Of a stretch of DNA of 64,000 nucleotides, positions 41,305-54,484 are shown one piece after another. The notes under the pieces were generated by a model. The model was not told the origin of the DNA. It saw only the letters and a program-made list of their open reading frames with translations, and did no database searches. The stretch is from positions 1,632,001 through 1,696,000 of the forward strand of contig OZ242320.1 in NCBI GenBank assembly GCA_965208125.1. The letters run 5' to 3'. The DNA comes from Candidatus Latescibacterota bacterium. Its GTDB lineage: Bacteria; Latescibacterota; UBA2968. A program made the translations under genes and the position numbers. How positions within the stretch are numbered: position 1 is the first letter of the stretch; each line of letters starts with the position of its first letter.

Positions 41305-42567
41305 ATGTTTCTCAAATCAATCAAGTTAGAGAACTTTCGATGCTTTTCGAACCATGAATTGTCGTTTGTGGACGATGATTTGGGTAACAGCATTCGCAAG
41401 ACGACAATCCTGCTTGGCGACAATGGCACCGGCAAGAGCAACCTCCTGAAGGCAATTGGCTTGGTGACTGCGGGGCGAGATGCGCTTGCCGAACTATTGG
41501 ATGAACCCGAGAGTTGGATTCAGGTAGGCAAAGAGTTCTGTCAAATAGATGCTGTTTTAAGGACAGCAGAAGGCAAAGAACAGCATGTATTTCTTCGGAT
41601 AGAAAAAAAAGATACCGTCACAAAAGTGTTAGATCGCTCCAGAGAATCGCTGGCAAAACTGGACGACGTACTGGAGCACGGGAACAATTATTTCGTGTTG
41701 GCGTATGGCGCATCTCGGCGATTGAATGTCTATAGAGGACGCCGTACCCAACTTTCTTACTACCGCCATGCACGTGCCCGTAATGTATCCACACTGTTCA
41801 ATCCCGATGAGGTGCTGATCCCCATTGAGTTATGGGCGATGGACCTGGACTATATAGAAGACCGAGGTGCGATGGATGTCATCAGTAACGTGATGTCCGA
41901 TTTTCTAAGGGATGTGAAATTCTCAAGAATCAACAAAAGAGAGGGACAACTGATTTTCGAAACGCCGCTTGGTACGGTCCCAATGAGTCAACTGAGCGAC
42001 GGTTTTCAGAACGTGGCTGCTTGGGCAGGGGATCTATTGTACCAAATTACCGAAGTCTTTAACGACTATAAAACGCCACTAAAGACACCAGGTTTGTTGC
42101 TAATTGATGAAGTGGACCTGCACCTACATCCGCGTTGGCAACGGGAGATGCTGACATTTTTGCGTCGAAAACTACCCAATTTCCAGGTCGTAGCAACAAC
42201 CCATTCACCCATTACAGCCCAGCAGGCTAACGAAAACGAACTTCACTATATCGAGAGACATGGCAGGTCACTCAAACTGCACCAGTTTACGGGTGTGCCA
42301 ATGGCGATGCTGCTGCATCAACTGGTAATGTCTGACATATTTGGTCTGGCATCGGATGAATCCGTCGTACTGGAAAAGAAAAAGGATCGCTACAAAAAAC
42401 TGTGCAAGGCCAAGCAACTCACGGATACCGAAAAGAAGGAAATGGAAAAGCTCGAAAAAGAGTTGCGCGATATGCCTGTATTGCAACGCGGAAATCTAAC
42501 CTTACAAGAGGAGCACTTGAAATTGCTGGATCAGATTCAAAAAGATTTATCGGAGCATCGTGAATGA
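41305..42567 (+). CDS. ABC/AAA ATPase, Septu PtuA-like
   Basis: GDNGTGKS, LSDG, IDEVDLHLHPRWQ, TTHSP. Confidence 0.85.
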   Translation: MFLKSIKLENFRCFSNHELSFVDDDLGNSIRKTTILLGDNGTGKSNLLKAIGLVTAGRDALAELLDEPESWIQVGKEFCQIDAVLRTAEGKEQHVFLRIEKKDTVTKVLDRSRESLAKLDDVLEHGNNYFVLAYGASRRLNVYRGRRTQLSYYRHARARNVSTLFNPDEVLIPIELWAMDLDYIEDRGAMDVISNVMSDFLRDVKFSRINKREGQLIFETPLGTVPMSQLSDGFQNVAAWAGDLLYQITEVFNDYKTPLKTPGLLLIDEVDLHLHPRWQREMLTFLRRKLPNFQVVATTHSPITAQQANENELHYIERHGRSLKLHQFTGVPMAMLLHQLVMSDIFGLASDESVVLEKKKDRYKKLCKAKQLTDTEKKEMEKLEKELRDMPVLQRGNLTLQEEHLKLLDQIQKDLSEHRE

Positions 42568-43394
42568 TACGACTGGCCAGAGAGCGCAGTGCGAATGTGG
42601 TGCATAATAATTTTACAGGAAATAAAAAAAGGGCTTTCGAGCGGGAATTACTGTACCATCAGCGAGAAATTCGGCGAAGAGACAGGAAGAAGCACGAATT
42701 TAAATCATATGTATGGAAAGCAGCCAAAGATCAGCTAAAAACAGAAACTGGGGGTAAGTGTGCGTATTGTGAAGCACCCGCTACATTGGTGGCTTATGGA
42801 GATGTAGAACATTATCGGCCCAAGAGTGTGTACTGGTGGCTGGCCTATTCATACGAAAATTATCTGATGTCCTGCACATTGTGTAATCAGAAATACAAAA
42901 AAACAGAATTTCCCACGATGAATCGTAAAATGCGTGCCCCCCTTATACGCCGTAATACGACTGATGCGTTCATCGCTCAAAAGGCTGGAACAATTGCACC
43001 AGACCCGCTTGATGACGACGCAGTTCAGGCATTTATTCAACAGCACCAGCAAGAGCGTCCTCTTTTGCTCAATCCTTATTTTGACGATCCCGCTAATTTT
43101 TATGCTTGGGAAGCAAACGATGTTCTGCGCGAAGTCGAACTCATCCCTTTGCCGACAAATTCAGAAGCTCACAAATTTGTCAATGCTGCAGATAATCATT
43201 TCGGTTTGAATCGTCAGGAACTCAAAAATGCCCGTTATTTTGAGTACGCAAGGTTCAAACTCTTTAAAAAATTGTTGAATAATACCCGCCTCCGTGCAAC
43301 GACACGGGAAGATGTAGCACAACAGATTGAGGAAATGAAATCAGATAGAGCATCTTTTGCAGGAATGATTCGTTATTTTGATACCATCTTGTAA
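42564..43394 (+). CDS. HNH endonuclease, Septu PtuB-like
   Basis: KCAYCE, VEHYRPK, SCTLCNQ, LLNPY.DDP; ATGA overlap with the ATPase. Confidence 0.85.
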   Translation: MIRLARERSANVVHNNFTGNKKRAFERELLYHQREIRRRDRKKHEFKSYVWKAAKDQLKTETGGKCAYCEAPATLVAYGDVEHYRPKSVYWWLAYSYENYLMSCTLCNQKYKKTEFPTMNRKMRAPLIRRNTTDAFIAQKAGTIAPDPLDDDAVQAFIQQHQQERPLLLNPYFDDPANFYAWEANDVLREVELIPLPTNSEAHKFVNAADNHFGLNRQELKNARYFEYARFKLFKKLLNNTRLRATTREDVAQQIEEMKSDRASFAGMIRYFDTIL

Positions 43395-43535
43395 TTTGGG
43401 CTGCTCTAAAGTGTATAGATTTAATGTGCCCGCCATAGAAAGAAGTAGGATCCAAGAAATCCGCTATCTGTTGCTTAACATATAAATCTCCCTAAGGGTA
43501 AGCCGAGTTAGGCTGCGAACATTCAATAACCGTTA

Positions 43536-46500
43536 TTATGCTTTGGTTCGCAGAGATTTAATCCACTTGTCAATGGAAATTCCGTTCTCCCATAATTCCT
43601 TAGAAACACCATAGCGAAGCTGTTGCTCATTGTGCAATCGCACGGGGTTACTTACGCTGGTAAGTTTGTCCACCTCCTCATACACCTTAAAAATATCATT
43701 GCCTATGTCAGTAACAATTTTTGCGGACTGTTTGACTTTAGCTAAATCCCATGATTCTGGTATCTCTTGTCCTCGCAGGTCAATAACGCATAGGACGAAA
43801 CGGTCTGAATCATCCGAGGCAGTTTGAGCTTGAAGCGGAGTAAGTCGAACATCGCCGGTTGTAGTAGTCTTTACTTCCAGAAAATAGCTCCCAACCTCAA
43901 AACTAAATAAAGCATCATCCAAACTGCTATCCGCCTGGCTTGGTAATACTTCGTAGTCATAACCTCTATCTACAAGTTGGAGATCAAGACCGTGTAATTG
44001 GATAACTTCGGCCAACATTTCTTGCACAGCATGGCCAAAACTTCGATTATATTCGCGTATTTCTGCTTGGCGATTTCGTTTTTTAAGTTCCTCTCTAATT
44101 TCCTGAATCTCTTCGGGGTCTGCTTCCGAAATAAGTCTTACTGCTTCCGGGTTTTCGGCCATTACCTGTACCACATCCAAGTTTGCAACTGCAGACTTCA
44201 TCAAAGTCGGATTTTGCATTAATTCTTTTAAATTGCTCTTAACCTTAGGCTCCAAATTTTCGATCATGAGAGTGAGTTGCTCGAACCCAAAAACATGATG
44301 TAGCAGGTCTATAGCTTGAAGATTATTCTGTAACCAAGATGGATCGTATAGATTTCGCAAATTAGCTTCATTAGCCGGTAGTGCCAAAGTTTTTTCATCT
44401 TCAGTTGTAACAGGTACCCAAGGCCGCACTTTAAGCTCGAACGGCCACGTTGACCCATAAAGACACATTTGCACAGGCTTTCCTGAGCGATTGCCATTAA
44501 CTACATGTGACTCTCTCCAACCTTGATCTTCCTTTGCTGCTATATTGAGCACAAAATCGAGGAGGCGTGTTGCAAGATTTTTATTATTCCCGCAACGATT
44601 CAATAGCTCAGTTGCAAGAAATGCAATCTGTCCAAAGGACTGGTTCCTGACCGTTACATTCTCAATTTCTATGCTATCTGAGGCCATTGCCTTCAACAAA
44701 TTCACATCATCAATCAACGGTCTGGGAGCTTTATACAGGGGGGCCGGTATTACAAGAGATGTTTCAATAAGTGGCTGAAGTAACGCAATAAGTTCGCTGT
44801 CCTCAACGTAGCGACTCGATAGAAAGCGTTCTTCTACATAGAGGTCAGCATAGGGACGAGCTGATGAAGGCCAGTGGAGGACGGGAGCGAGAATCTGAAG
44901 ATTGTTCACAAGATGTACCATCGTATCATCTGCAGTCAGCAAAGGACATTTCCGAAGGCGTTGGACATTATCATCCTTTCCGACCAAATATATTGCCAGA
45001 CGCGCAGATGCACGTAGAGCAGGCAAATCGGTTTCCTTGTCAAACTCGCTGCGATTCGGCAAGCACTCATCTAATTCGTCAAGTATATTATTTACCGCTT
45101 CTGTTTCGGTATAAGGCTCGCTAAGTTGTTTATATATAAAAGCTTTTGCAAGCTCGTAACCAGGTTGGTTTAAAGCTTCAACAATGTCTTGATGCAAAAG
45201 TTTTGAACGGAGGTCTATGCTTATAGCAGCGGCAATAACCTTAATCTCCTCCGGAATATCTTCATCAATTCTGAGATCACGCAGACTGCGCAATTGGGAA
45301 TGCTGGTTGGGCACAAGGCTTGCAATCAAGGGCCTTTCATTAACACTTTCCGGAAGATCAGCAACCAAAAGGAACAAATCGGCAAGCCACTTGAAAGGGT
45401 CTCCGCTAATGGGCAGGTCTGTAATATCCTGATCCTTTTCCTTGACCCAGTCTGTCAACTCTGTGAGACCCAGCCGTGCGACTGGCAAACCTATCTCGTC
45501 CCATTGACAGGCTATCTGTCCCCAATCTCGAGCGAACGCCTTGTCAGGGAAATAAAGGTTTGTGACTCGAGAGGCAAGCTGATGGATGGCATCGTAATCA
45601 ACCGGATTTTGCCCTTCCGAGTCTGTTGCCGGAACTAAAAATGTGATATTTTTACCATCGTCTTGTAGGGCTGGTAATAAACCTCCTTTAGTATCTATAA
45701 TTGGTTTGGCAGCAGTTGCTTTCCCAATTTCCAAAAGAACTTTCTTCCACCATTTCAGTTCTTCGCTTTCTCCGCTTAACGCTCGCTTAGGAATGGCAAG
45801 GTGAGCAAGTTTATGGGCATCGTGCCACTGTGATTTCACAGCGTACTGTATAAGTGTAGGAAACGCCTCCATTGCGGTAGAGATCAAGTCACGGTCATTC
45901 GGAGTCATCGCAATAACGTCGCGCTCCTGTTTTGGATCAAAACTGCCATCCAGTACAACGTTGAAAGGCAAAAAGTTAGTTTCAACAATGGGAAACTTAA
46001 CAAAAATTCTTGGAAAGTCATCCGCGGGCAATACCACCCTATACCGATTGCTATCACAATTCTCCAAGACAACGAGCAAAGCTGACTGGGCATTCTGGCT
46101 GCCTATGCGGAGTGCCGTAAGTTGTCGAGTAGTTTCATCTTGAGAAATCGTAACCTCAGTTAGTTTGAGTACAAAGCCATCTATCATTTTCTCATTCGTA
46201 ATCGCTGGCTTAAAAAGTGTAGTCTTATTCGGACGCTCAATGCGAACTTGGCCAAGTTTTTCACAGGTTACATAGAGATATGGAAGCACCTCTTCCAAAC
46301 GGTCCAGTCCCCGTTTTGCAACTTCACAATCAGCATCATAATAGATAAATGACGCTGTAGGGTTTTTAGCTATACAGGACTCTGGCAAAGGCAGTGCCTT
46401 ACCAATTGCCTCATCAGCCTGTTCTATGTTTTTCGCAATTGCATCTTCGTCTCCATCGCGGTCAAGTTCTATATGGAACTTTTCGTAGCTTTTCTCTATC

Positions 46501-46889
46501 TCGATTACTCCATGCACATCGACATGCGTTGATAGCGCATGTGTTACTAGAAACCCCGTGCCGAAGCGTCCCGTTGTCTTCTCATCGTCAAAATCTTTAC
46601 TGGAACCTCCGGACAACAGCGCAGCCAGATCTTCGGTTGTAAAGGGCTTTCCCGTATGGGAAACGAGGAAATTATTGTCTTTGAAGGTAAAACTAATTTT
46701 TATGCGTTTGTCACCGTCACGCGGCCCGGCGTCGTGGGCATTTTGCATAAGCTCAAACGGCCACCTTACACCTGCGCGGAATAGATTCCGCTTTGCATCC
46801 TCTACTTTGGTTCGGATAGTGCGTGCATCATTTCGAGTTTGTTGACGTTTAGTTGCCTTCCCGTATTCTTTAAGAGCTTCTCTGCTCAT
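43536..46889 (-). CDS. Sacsin-like GHKL ATPase with C-terminal DUF3883-type PD-(D/E)xK nuclease
   Basis: ELMQNAHDA, HTGKPF, GRFGTGF; C-terminal GYD...LEVKTT...LT..Q. Confidence 0.8.
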   Translation of the reverse strand: MSREALKEYGKATKRQQTRNDARTIRTKVEDAKRNLFRAGVRWPFELMQNAHDAGPRDGDKRIKISFTFKDNNFLVSHTGKPFTTEDLAALLSGGSSKDFDDEKTTGRFGTGFLVTHALSTHVDVHGVIEIEKSYEKFHIELDRDGDEDAIAKNIEQADEAIGKALPLPESCIAKNPTASFIYYDADCEVAKRGLDRLEEVLPYLYVTCEKLGQVRIERPNKTTLFKPAITNEKMIDGFVLKLTEVTISQDETTRQLTALRIGSQNAQSALLVVLENCDSNRYRVVLPADDFPRIFVKFPIVETNFLPFNVVLDGSFDPKQERDVIAMTPNDRDLISTAMEAFPTLIQYAVKSQWHDAHKLAHLAIPKRALSGESEELKWWKKVLLEIGKATAAKPIIDTKGGLLPALQDDGKNITFLVPATDSEGQNPVDYDAIHQLASRVTNLYFPDKAFARDWGQIACQWDEIGLPVARLGLTELTDWVKEKDQDITDLPISGDPFKWLADLFLLVADLPESVNERPLIASLVPNQHSQLRSLRDLRIDEDIPEEIKVIAAAISIDLRSKLLHQDIVEALNQPGYELAKAFIYKQLSEPYTETEAVNNILDELDECLPNRSEFDKETDLPALRASARLAIYLVGKDDNVQRLRKCPLLTADDTMVHLVNNLQILAPVLHWPSSARPYADLYVEERFLSSRYVEDSELIALLQPLIETSLVIPAPLYKAPRPLIDDVNLLKAMASDSIEIENVTVRNQSFGQIAFLATELLNRCGNNKNLATRLLDFVLNIAAKEDQGWRESHVVNGNRSGKPVQMCLYGSTWPFELKVRPWVPVTTEDEKTLALPANEANLRNLYDPSWLQNNLQAIDLLHHVFGFEQLTLMIENLEPKVKSNLKELMQNPTLMKSAVANLDVVQVMAENPEAVRLISEADPEEIQEIREELKKRNRQAEIREYNRSFGHAVQEMLAEVIQLHGLDLQLVDRGYDYEVLPSQADSSLDDALFSFEVGSYFLEVKTTTTGDVRLTPLQAQTASDDSDRFVLCVIDLRGQEIPESWDLAKVKQSAKIVTDIGNDIFKVYEEVDKLTSVSNPVRLHNEQQLRYGVSKELWENGISIDKWIKSLRTKA

Positions 46890-46959
46890 TATAGTCTCCT
46901 AACAATGGCGTGAAATTTTAGATGTGTCTAATCAATCAAATTTCTGCGAGATTCCACTG

Positions 46960-47262
46960 TCATTTCACCAATCCCTTTTGCCGGCCGCGACGTAGTGTGC
47001 GTTTTTGATCTGCAGGGTCTGAGGGATAGGCGGTAATGACGCGCCCGTCGCGTATCACGACCTTGCGATTCACAAGCCGGCTCAGTGCTTGTATCTCTCG
47101 CTTGCGGGTCTCGATCTCGCGGGCGGCATCCCGGTTACGCATAAAATAGGTCTCGTCGTCAATCTGCGTTCCACACGCGAGAATGATCGGTATATCCGCT
47201 TTGCGAATACCCCGTTGCTGCATGCGCGTTCTGGCGTGCTGGCTATAAGTGATGTTGGTCAT
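46960..47262 (-). CDS. DUF4258-like small basic protein (putative RNase toxin)
   Basis: YSQHARTRMQQRGI...VITAY. Confidence 0.8.
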   Translation of the reverse strand: MTNITYSQHARTRMQQRGIRKADIPIILACGTQIDDETYFMRNRDAAREIETRKREIQALSRLVNRKVVIRDGRVITAYPSDPADQKRTLRRGRQKGLVK

Positions 47263-48278
47263 TCGTCGTCTCCTTCCTTTTCAGTTTCGGAATTGGTCTT
47301 TTGAGAATTCGCCTTAACTAAAATATCCCTTATCTTATCGCCTTGCGGCGACGTGGCTATAAACTTTGCCACTACATTCTCTTTCTCCGGAATTTCCTTG
47401 AAGATTTCCGGTAGCCTTTCTTCAAGCCACTTCGTACGCTCCTCTTGAGCGTCTTCCGCCATCAGTTTCTCGGGAATTTCGGATATTCGCGCACAGCCCG
47501 TTTCAAGAGTCCTTCTGGCTTTGGAAGAACCATTGGAAATATAGTCTAGTTCTTTGCGGCCGACCTCGTAATCGGGAAACTTGTACTGCGATCTGAAATT
47601 GAGATATTCGTCCACATCTACGACTTCGGGGATGGCGAGTTTATCTGCCAACTTTCGCAAATATTGGGCAAATGGGTTATCTGCGGAGGGATCAAAGAAA
47701 CTATCTATCAAACTGGGGGTATTGAACTGGTCGCCGAACAGATCGTCTTCATCGATAGAATCTTCTGCTATCCCAATCTCCTCATCCATGTATGACTGAA
47801 CACCACTTAAGCCTCCACCCCAGAACCCGTCAATCTCCAGCAAATGCTGGTATGCTTCCTTCGCCTCTTCCAATTTCTCGCGTCGCCAAGCGAGACTGCC
47901 CTCGGCCAGAAGCGTGAAGAAGAGCGGTGCCATGTTAATGATCTCGGTGGCATTGACACCATATCGGCGTTTGATGAGGTCGTATGCGAGTCGGGTCTTT
48001 GGTGCGACCTGCGCACCCATCTGGACGCGATCAAGATTGTCGATGAGCGTATCATCGGACTCGGGAAGTGGCAAATCGCCAGTGAGTACACCAGGTTCGA
48101 CATTGAGTGCCTTAGATAAGCCGTTCAGTGTGTGTTCCTGGGATTTTTGAGTTCGCTGTGGTTCATTTTCTAAACGTTGGATGGTGCGTGCGGTGATTTT
48201 AGCCCGTTCAGCAAGTTGCGGCCGTGACAGTCCTTTCTGCTGGCGTAGTTTGCGAAGGCAATCGGGATCGATTTTCAT
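47259..48278 (-). CDS. XRE-family HTH protein with large acidic C-terminal region
   Basis: LRKLRQQKGLS..QLA.......TIQRLE; ATGA overlap with the DUF4258 gene. Confidence 0.8.
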   Translation of the reverse strand: MKIDPDCLRKLRQQKGLSRPQLAERAKITARTIQRLENEPQRTQKSQEHTLNGLSKALNVEPGVLTGDLPLPESDDTLIDNLDRVQMGAQVAPKTRLAYDLIKRRYGVNATEIINMAPLFFTLLAEGSLAWRREKLEEAKEAYQHLLEIDGFWGGGLSGVQSYMDEEIGIAEDSIDEDDLFGDQFNTPSLIDSFFDPSADNPFAQYLRKLADKLAIPEVVDVDEYLNFRSQYKFPDYEVGRKELDYISNGSSKARRTLETGCARISEIPEKLMAEDAQEERTKWLEERLPEIFKEIPEKENVVAKFIATSPQGDKIRDILVKANSQKTNSETEKEGDDE

Positions 48279-48568
48279 GTTGAAGCTCCTTGAAGAAATT
48301 TTTACGGCGAGACTGCTTAAATGCGATTCGTCAAAAATATATTTCTTTTTTAAAAAATTTACAACAGGATATTATGAGAAAAATTCTGTAAAAAATATTT
48401 ATATTAGCGACATAAAGAACAAAAATATCCTTTTCTTGTCTCCTGGAATAGGTTTAACGTCTCATCAGAACGTACCCAGGAAGACAAACGCGGACATTTT
48501 GATGTTTTGCATCCCTCGGCCCGTTCCCCGCGGATGTGGCGTGGGTTTGACCAGCGTCGTCAGCAATA

Positions 48569-48604
48569 AAAAAATACCGCGCTCCCAATATTGGGAGCGC
48601 GGCA
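48569..48604 (-). terminator. Perfect palindrome / intrinsic terminator
   Basis: CCGCGCTCCCAATATTGGGAGCGCGG with an adjacent A-run (T-run on the minus strand). Confidence 0.7.
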
Positions 48605-48699
48605 TAGAATGAATTGGTGCGATGGACCAACGCCTGTATTCTTCACATTTCAAAACATCTCTCTTTATTTTTTCTCATACGCATCGTGTTGTCTTGGGA

Positions 48700-48870
48700 T
48701 CATTCGCCGTCATAATGCAATTTCTTTTTTAATTCGTTACGCAATGCATGAGACTTGCTTTGGTAGAATGCCAATTGCTCTTTTACCGTTCTATCCTTGA
48801 GTTGCTCATAGTGCGCGTCTCGAATCCGGCGCACAATTTTAACCGCATCAAACGTCTTTTTCGTATCCAT
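48700..48870 (-). CDS. 56-aa probable antitoxin (MDTKKTFDAVKIVRRIRD...), orphan
   Basis: GAGG RBS; FDAV...R.IRD motif seen in small partners of PIN toxins; below the ORF-track cutoff. Confidence 0.55.
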   Translation of the reverse strand: MDTKKTFDAVKIVRRIRDAHYEQLKDRTVKEQLAFYQSKSHALRNELKKKLHYDGE

Positions 48871-48951
48871 AATTGGTCACCTCACGCGGAGTTGTCCAGG
48901 CATTCAACTAATGGTTACAAATTTTCTGACTTTCTCCTATACTTGGGAATC

Positions 48952-49350
48952 TCACCAAATGGTTTCAACGTCTGATTGCTGGATTCGATAATCGGTCGTG
49001 ACAAGTGGTAAGCAGAGGTGCTGTGCTGTTGCCGCAATCATACGATCTGGCATATCGGGTATTTGATCACGTGGGATATTTTCCAACTGTTCTGCAATCG
49101 CAAGATCAAAAGGGGCAACTTTGAATCCCGAATCGGATCGGTGCAATGTAGCTTTCAAATCAATCAAATTCTGTCGAGGCAATCGATTTTTCTCAGTCAA
49201 GTATATAACCTCGACAATTGTTACTGATGACACATAGACTGGATGCCCCGATTTAATAGCCTCTCGAATAGCCTGACGCGCAACAGATGAGAGGTCTGAC
49301 GATCGTGCTAAGAACCAGATGAATGAATGCGTATCTACAACCAGAGACAT
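48952..49350 (-). CDS. vapC: PIN-domain VapC toxin
   Basis: VVDTH, SSVTIVE, DMPDRMIAATA, LVTTD. Confidence 0.9.
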   Translation of the reverse strand: MSLVVDTHSFIWFLARSSDLSSVARQAIREAIKSGHPVYVSSVTIVEVIYLTEKNRLPRQNLIDLKATLHRSDSGFKVAPFDLAIAEQLENIPRDQIPDMPDRMIAATAQHLCLPLVTTDYRIQQSDVETIW

Positions 49351-49355
49351 TATGC

Positions 49356-49622
49356 CTAATCCTTTTGATCAAACTTATGCCACATTTCTTTTCGGGCTTC
49401 GGCTATGTCTCGAGCGGTTATTGGATCCATCTGATCCCACAAGCCTTCGGGATTAAAGAGCTTACCTTGATCAAATTCTGACGAATCCGATGCGTTTTCC
49501 ATAGGAACGAGTTGAAAGGCCGAACCATCTTCTTGCGTAATAACCACTTTCTCTCCATTGGCCGCTTCTTTGACCAATGCTGCAAGACAGTTTTCCGCCT
49601 CTGTAAGATCAATTTTGTGCAT
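49356..49622 (-). CDS. Phd/YefM-family antitoxin
   Basis: L.EA...L..LV.EA.NGE.VVIT; upstream of vapC. Confidence 0.8.
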   Translation of the reverse strand: MHKIDLTEAENCLAALVKEAANGEKVVITQEDGSAFQLVPMENASDSSEFDQGKLFNPEGLWDQMDPITARDIAEARKEMWHKFDQKD

Positions 49623-49869
49623 GTTTTTCGCCCCTTTGGTATTCATTATTGCTTCTAACGACTGAATGCAAATCCCATATAATTTTAATTATACCCAAAA
49701 ACAAAAAGTGTCGCAACGAGGCGATATTGTCAACCGCATTTCAAAATATCTCGCGGCAAGTTGGACTTGCTGCATACGTCATTGGGTGCAGCTTGCCTTA
49801 CAGGACATGCTTCGAAAAGAAAACTTGACCCTGGTTGTCTCCATCAATTGAAATCGGCCCACCTGACCC

Positions 49870-50172
49870 CTATCCCTTCAACTCAACAATAATATTCCGC
49901 CAGGGACCATCCCCCACATTGATGGCCTCGTGAACATCTTCGCCATCGACATCTCGCCATTGCACCTGCCCATCCGCCATATCGCGGGCTTCGCGTTTAA
50001 CGCCATCTGATGAGACACCCTGGAGTTTCCCCCCGCCGATAACCACGTACAAATAGTCATTCTCGTGCCGATGCATACCCGTACTCTCGCCCGGGGCAAG
50101 CGCGAGATCCCAAACGCGCACGCGATCATTTTCAAAAAGCAATCTGGTCCCAATATCTTCAGATATATTCAT
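49870..50172 (-). CDS. Cupin domain protein
   Basis: LFENDRVRVW, L.PGE...HRH, HEA.N.G. Confidence 0.85.
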   Translation of the reverse strand: MNISEDIGTRLLFENDRVRVWDLALAPGESTGMHRHENDYLYVVIGGGKLQGVSSDGVKREARDMADGQVQWRDVDGEDVHEAINVGDGPWRNIIVELKG

Positions 50173-50198
50173 GACTTTGACCTCCTGTAGGTAAAATG

Positions 50199-53322
<3,124 letters not shown>

Positions 53323-53325
53323 CGC

Positions 53326-54312
53326 TCATCGTCCATCGCTCATCGCCGCGCCAACTTCCCGCGCAACGCGGGGACGACGCAACTTCCAGATCATGCCATC
53401 GTAGATAAAGTGCATAAACGACGTGCCATACGTAAAAACGAGAAAAAACGGAAGAGAAAGAAACTTGAGACCGTATAACAAGCCGCTGACCACAACAATA
53501 AAACCCGCAGTATAGGGAACAATACGCTTTCCCGCTCGCGTCAGCACAGGCGACGCAAACGCATCGAGTTTTGCCTTATTGTGAACCGTAAGCGCAACAA
53601 GGGCGATATATTCCGCCGCATGGCTAAAGCTGGTCGCAATAAAAAGCGCTTCTGACGACAAAATGGGCACAACGCCATACATGAACGCGACCGAAACAAA
53701 AAAAAGCAATTTCGGCCAGTTGATCTGCGCGCCCCGAAACTCGTAAATAAGCCACGCAATAGTAACAGCGATAGCCGCGACATATATCCCCTGCGCCCCC
53801 ACAGAGGGAAGCGGCGTGCCGATGAGCGTATGCAAATAATGCATAACGCGGCCTTCAACATCGGCCTGAAAAGCAAACAGATACCCAAACCCCGCAATGC
53901 CCCAGAGGTACGAAGTCCAGGCATCGAGTTGTTTGTGCCCCCATTGTCCCTTCCCGGAATAAATCCGCAAAATGCCGTACTTTTGGCGGACAAAATGGAA
54001 ATAATTAAAAAGATACCAGAACGCGAACATCTCGGGCTCTTCAACCCGAAAATAATAACACAGAGCGACGAACCCCAGACACAGCACCGGGGTAATGAGA
54101 TAAATCAACCGCCGACGTTCAAATTCAATGCGATCGAGATAAACGAGGGGAAAAGTGAAATACCGGTGGGCTACAAATGACGTGACCGCAATGAGGCGGA
54201 AGGTCTCACTGTAGTCAGAGAGCAGATAAGGAGCGGCAAAAAAGACCAGCCATCCGAGCGAAATACAGCACAAATCGACAGACGGGGAAATAATCCAGTG
54301 AGATTTGTTCAT
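53326..54312 (-). CDS. Polytopic membrane protein with conserved-looking His motifs
   Basis: About 8-9 TM helices; HRYFT, HFVRQKYG, SHAAEY, HFIYDG.IW. Confidence 0.7.
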   Translation of the reverse strand: MNKSHWIISPSVDLCCISLGWLVFFAAPYLLSDYSETFRLIAVTSFVAHRYFTFPLVYLDRIEFERRRLIYLITPVLCLGFVALCYYFRVEEPEMFAFWYLFNYFHFVRQKYGILRIYSGKGQWGHKQLDAWTSYLWGIAGFGYLFAFQADVEGRVMHYLHTLIGTPLPSVGAQGIYVAAIAVTIAWLIYEFRGAQINWPKLLFFVSVAFMYGVVPILSSEALFIATSFSHAAEYIALVALTVHNKAKLDAFASPVLTRAGKRIVPYTAGFIVVVSGLLYGLKFLSLPFFLVFTYGTSFMHFIYDGMIWKLRRPRVAREVGAAMSDGR

Positions 54313-54455
54313 GGCACATTTATTATAGGAGCGCAGAAGAAATTTTTTTGGATAACAGAGTGTGTCAAAAGCAAGTATAGATTGCCTATACTTGTTGTTT
54401 TGGTGGGTACCTTATCAGCATGTAATCCCGTGTGAAATTTATAAATAAAAGAAAC

Positions 54456-54484
54456 TTGCATGCGTCAGTAGGTATCTCTATATT
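54456..54484 (+). promoter_or_regulatory. Putative sigma70 promoter of the adhesin gene
   Basis: TTGCAT-17 nt-TATATT. Confidence 0.45.

Noticed and set aside
41305-43535. Retron associated with the PtuAB-like pair
   Set aside because: No reverse transcriptase and no room for msr-msd upstream.
49850-49860. GAAATCGGCCC match to acs (41101) as an island att site
   Set aside because: Only 11 bp, not at the acs terminus, and compatible with chance.
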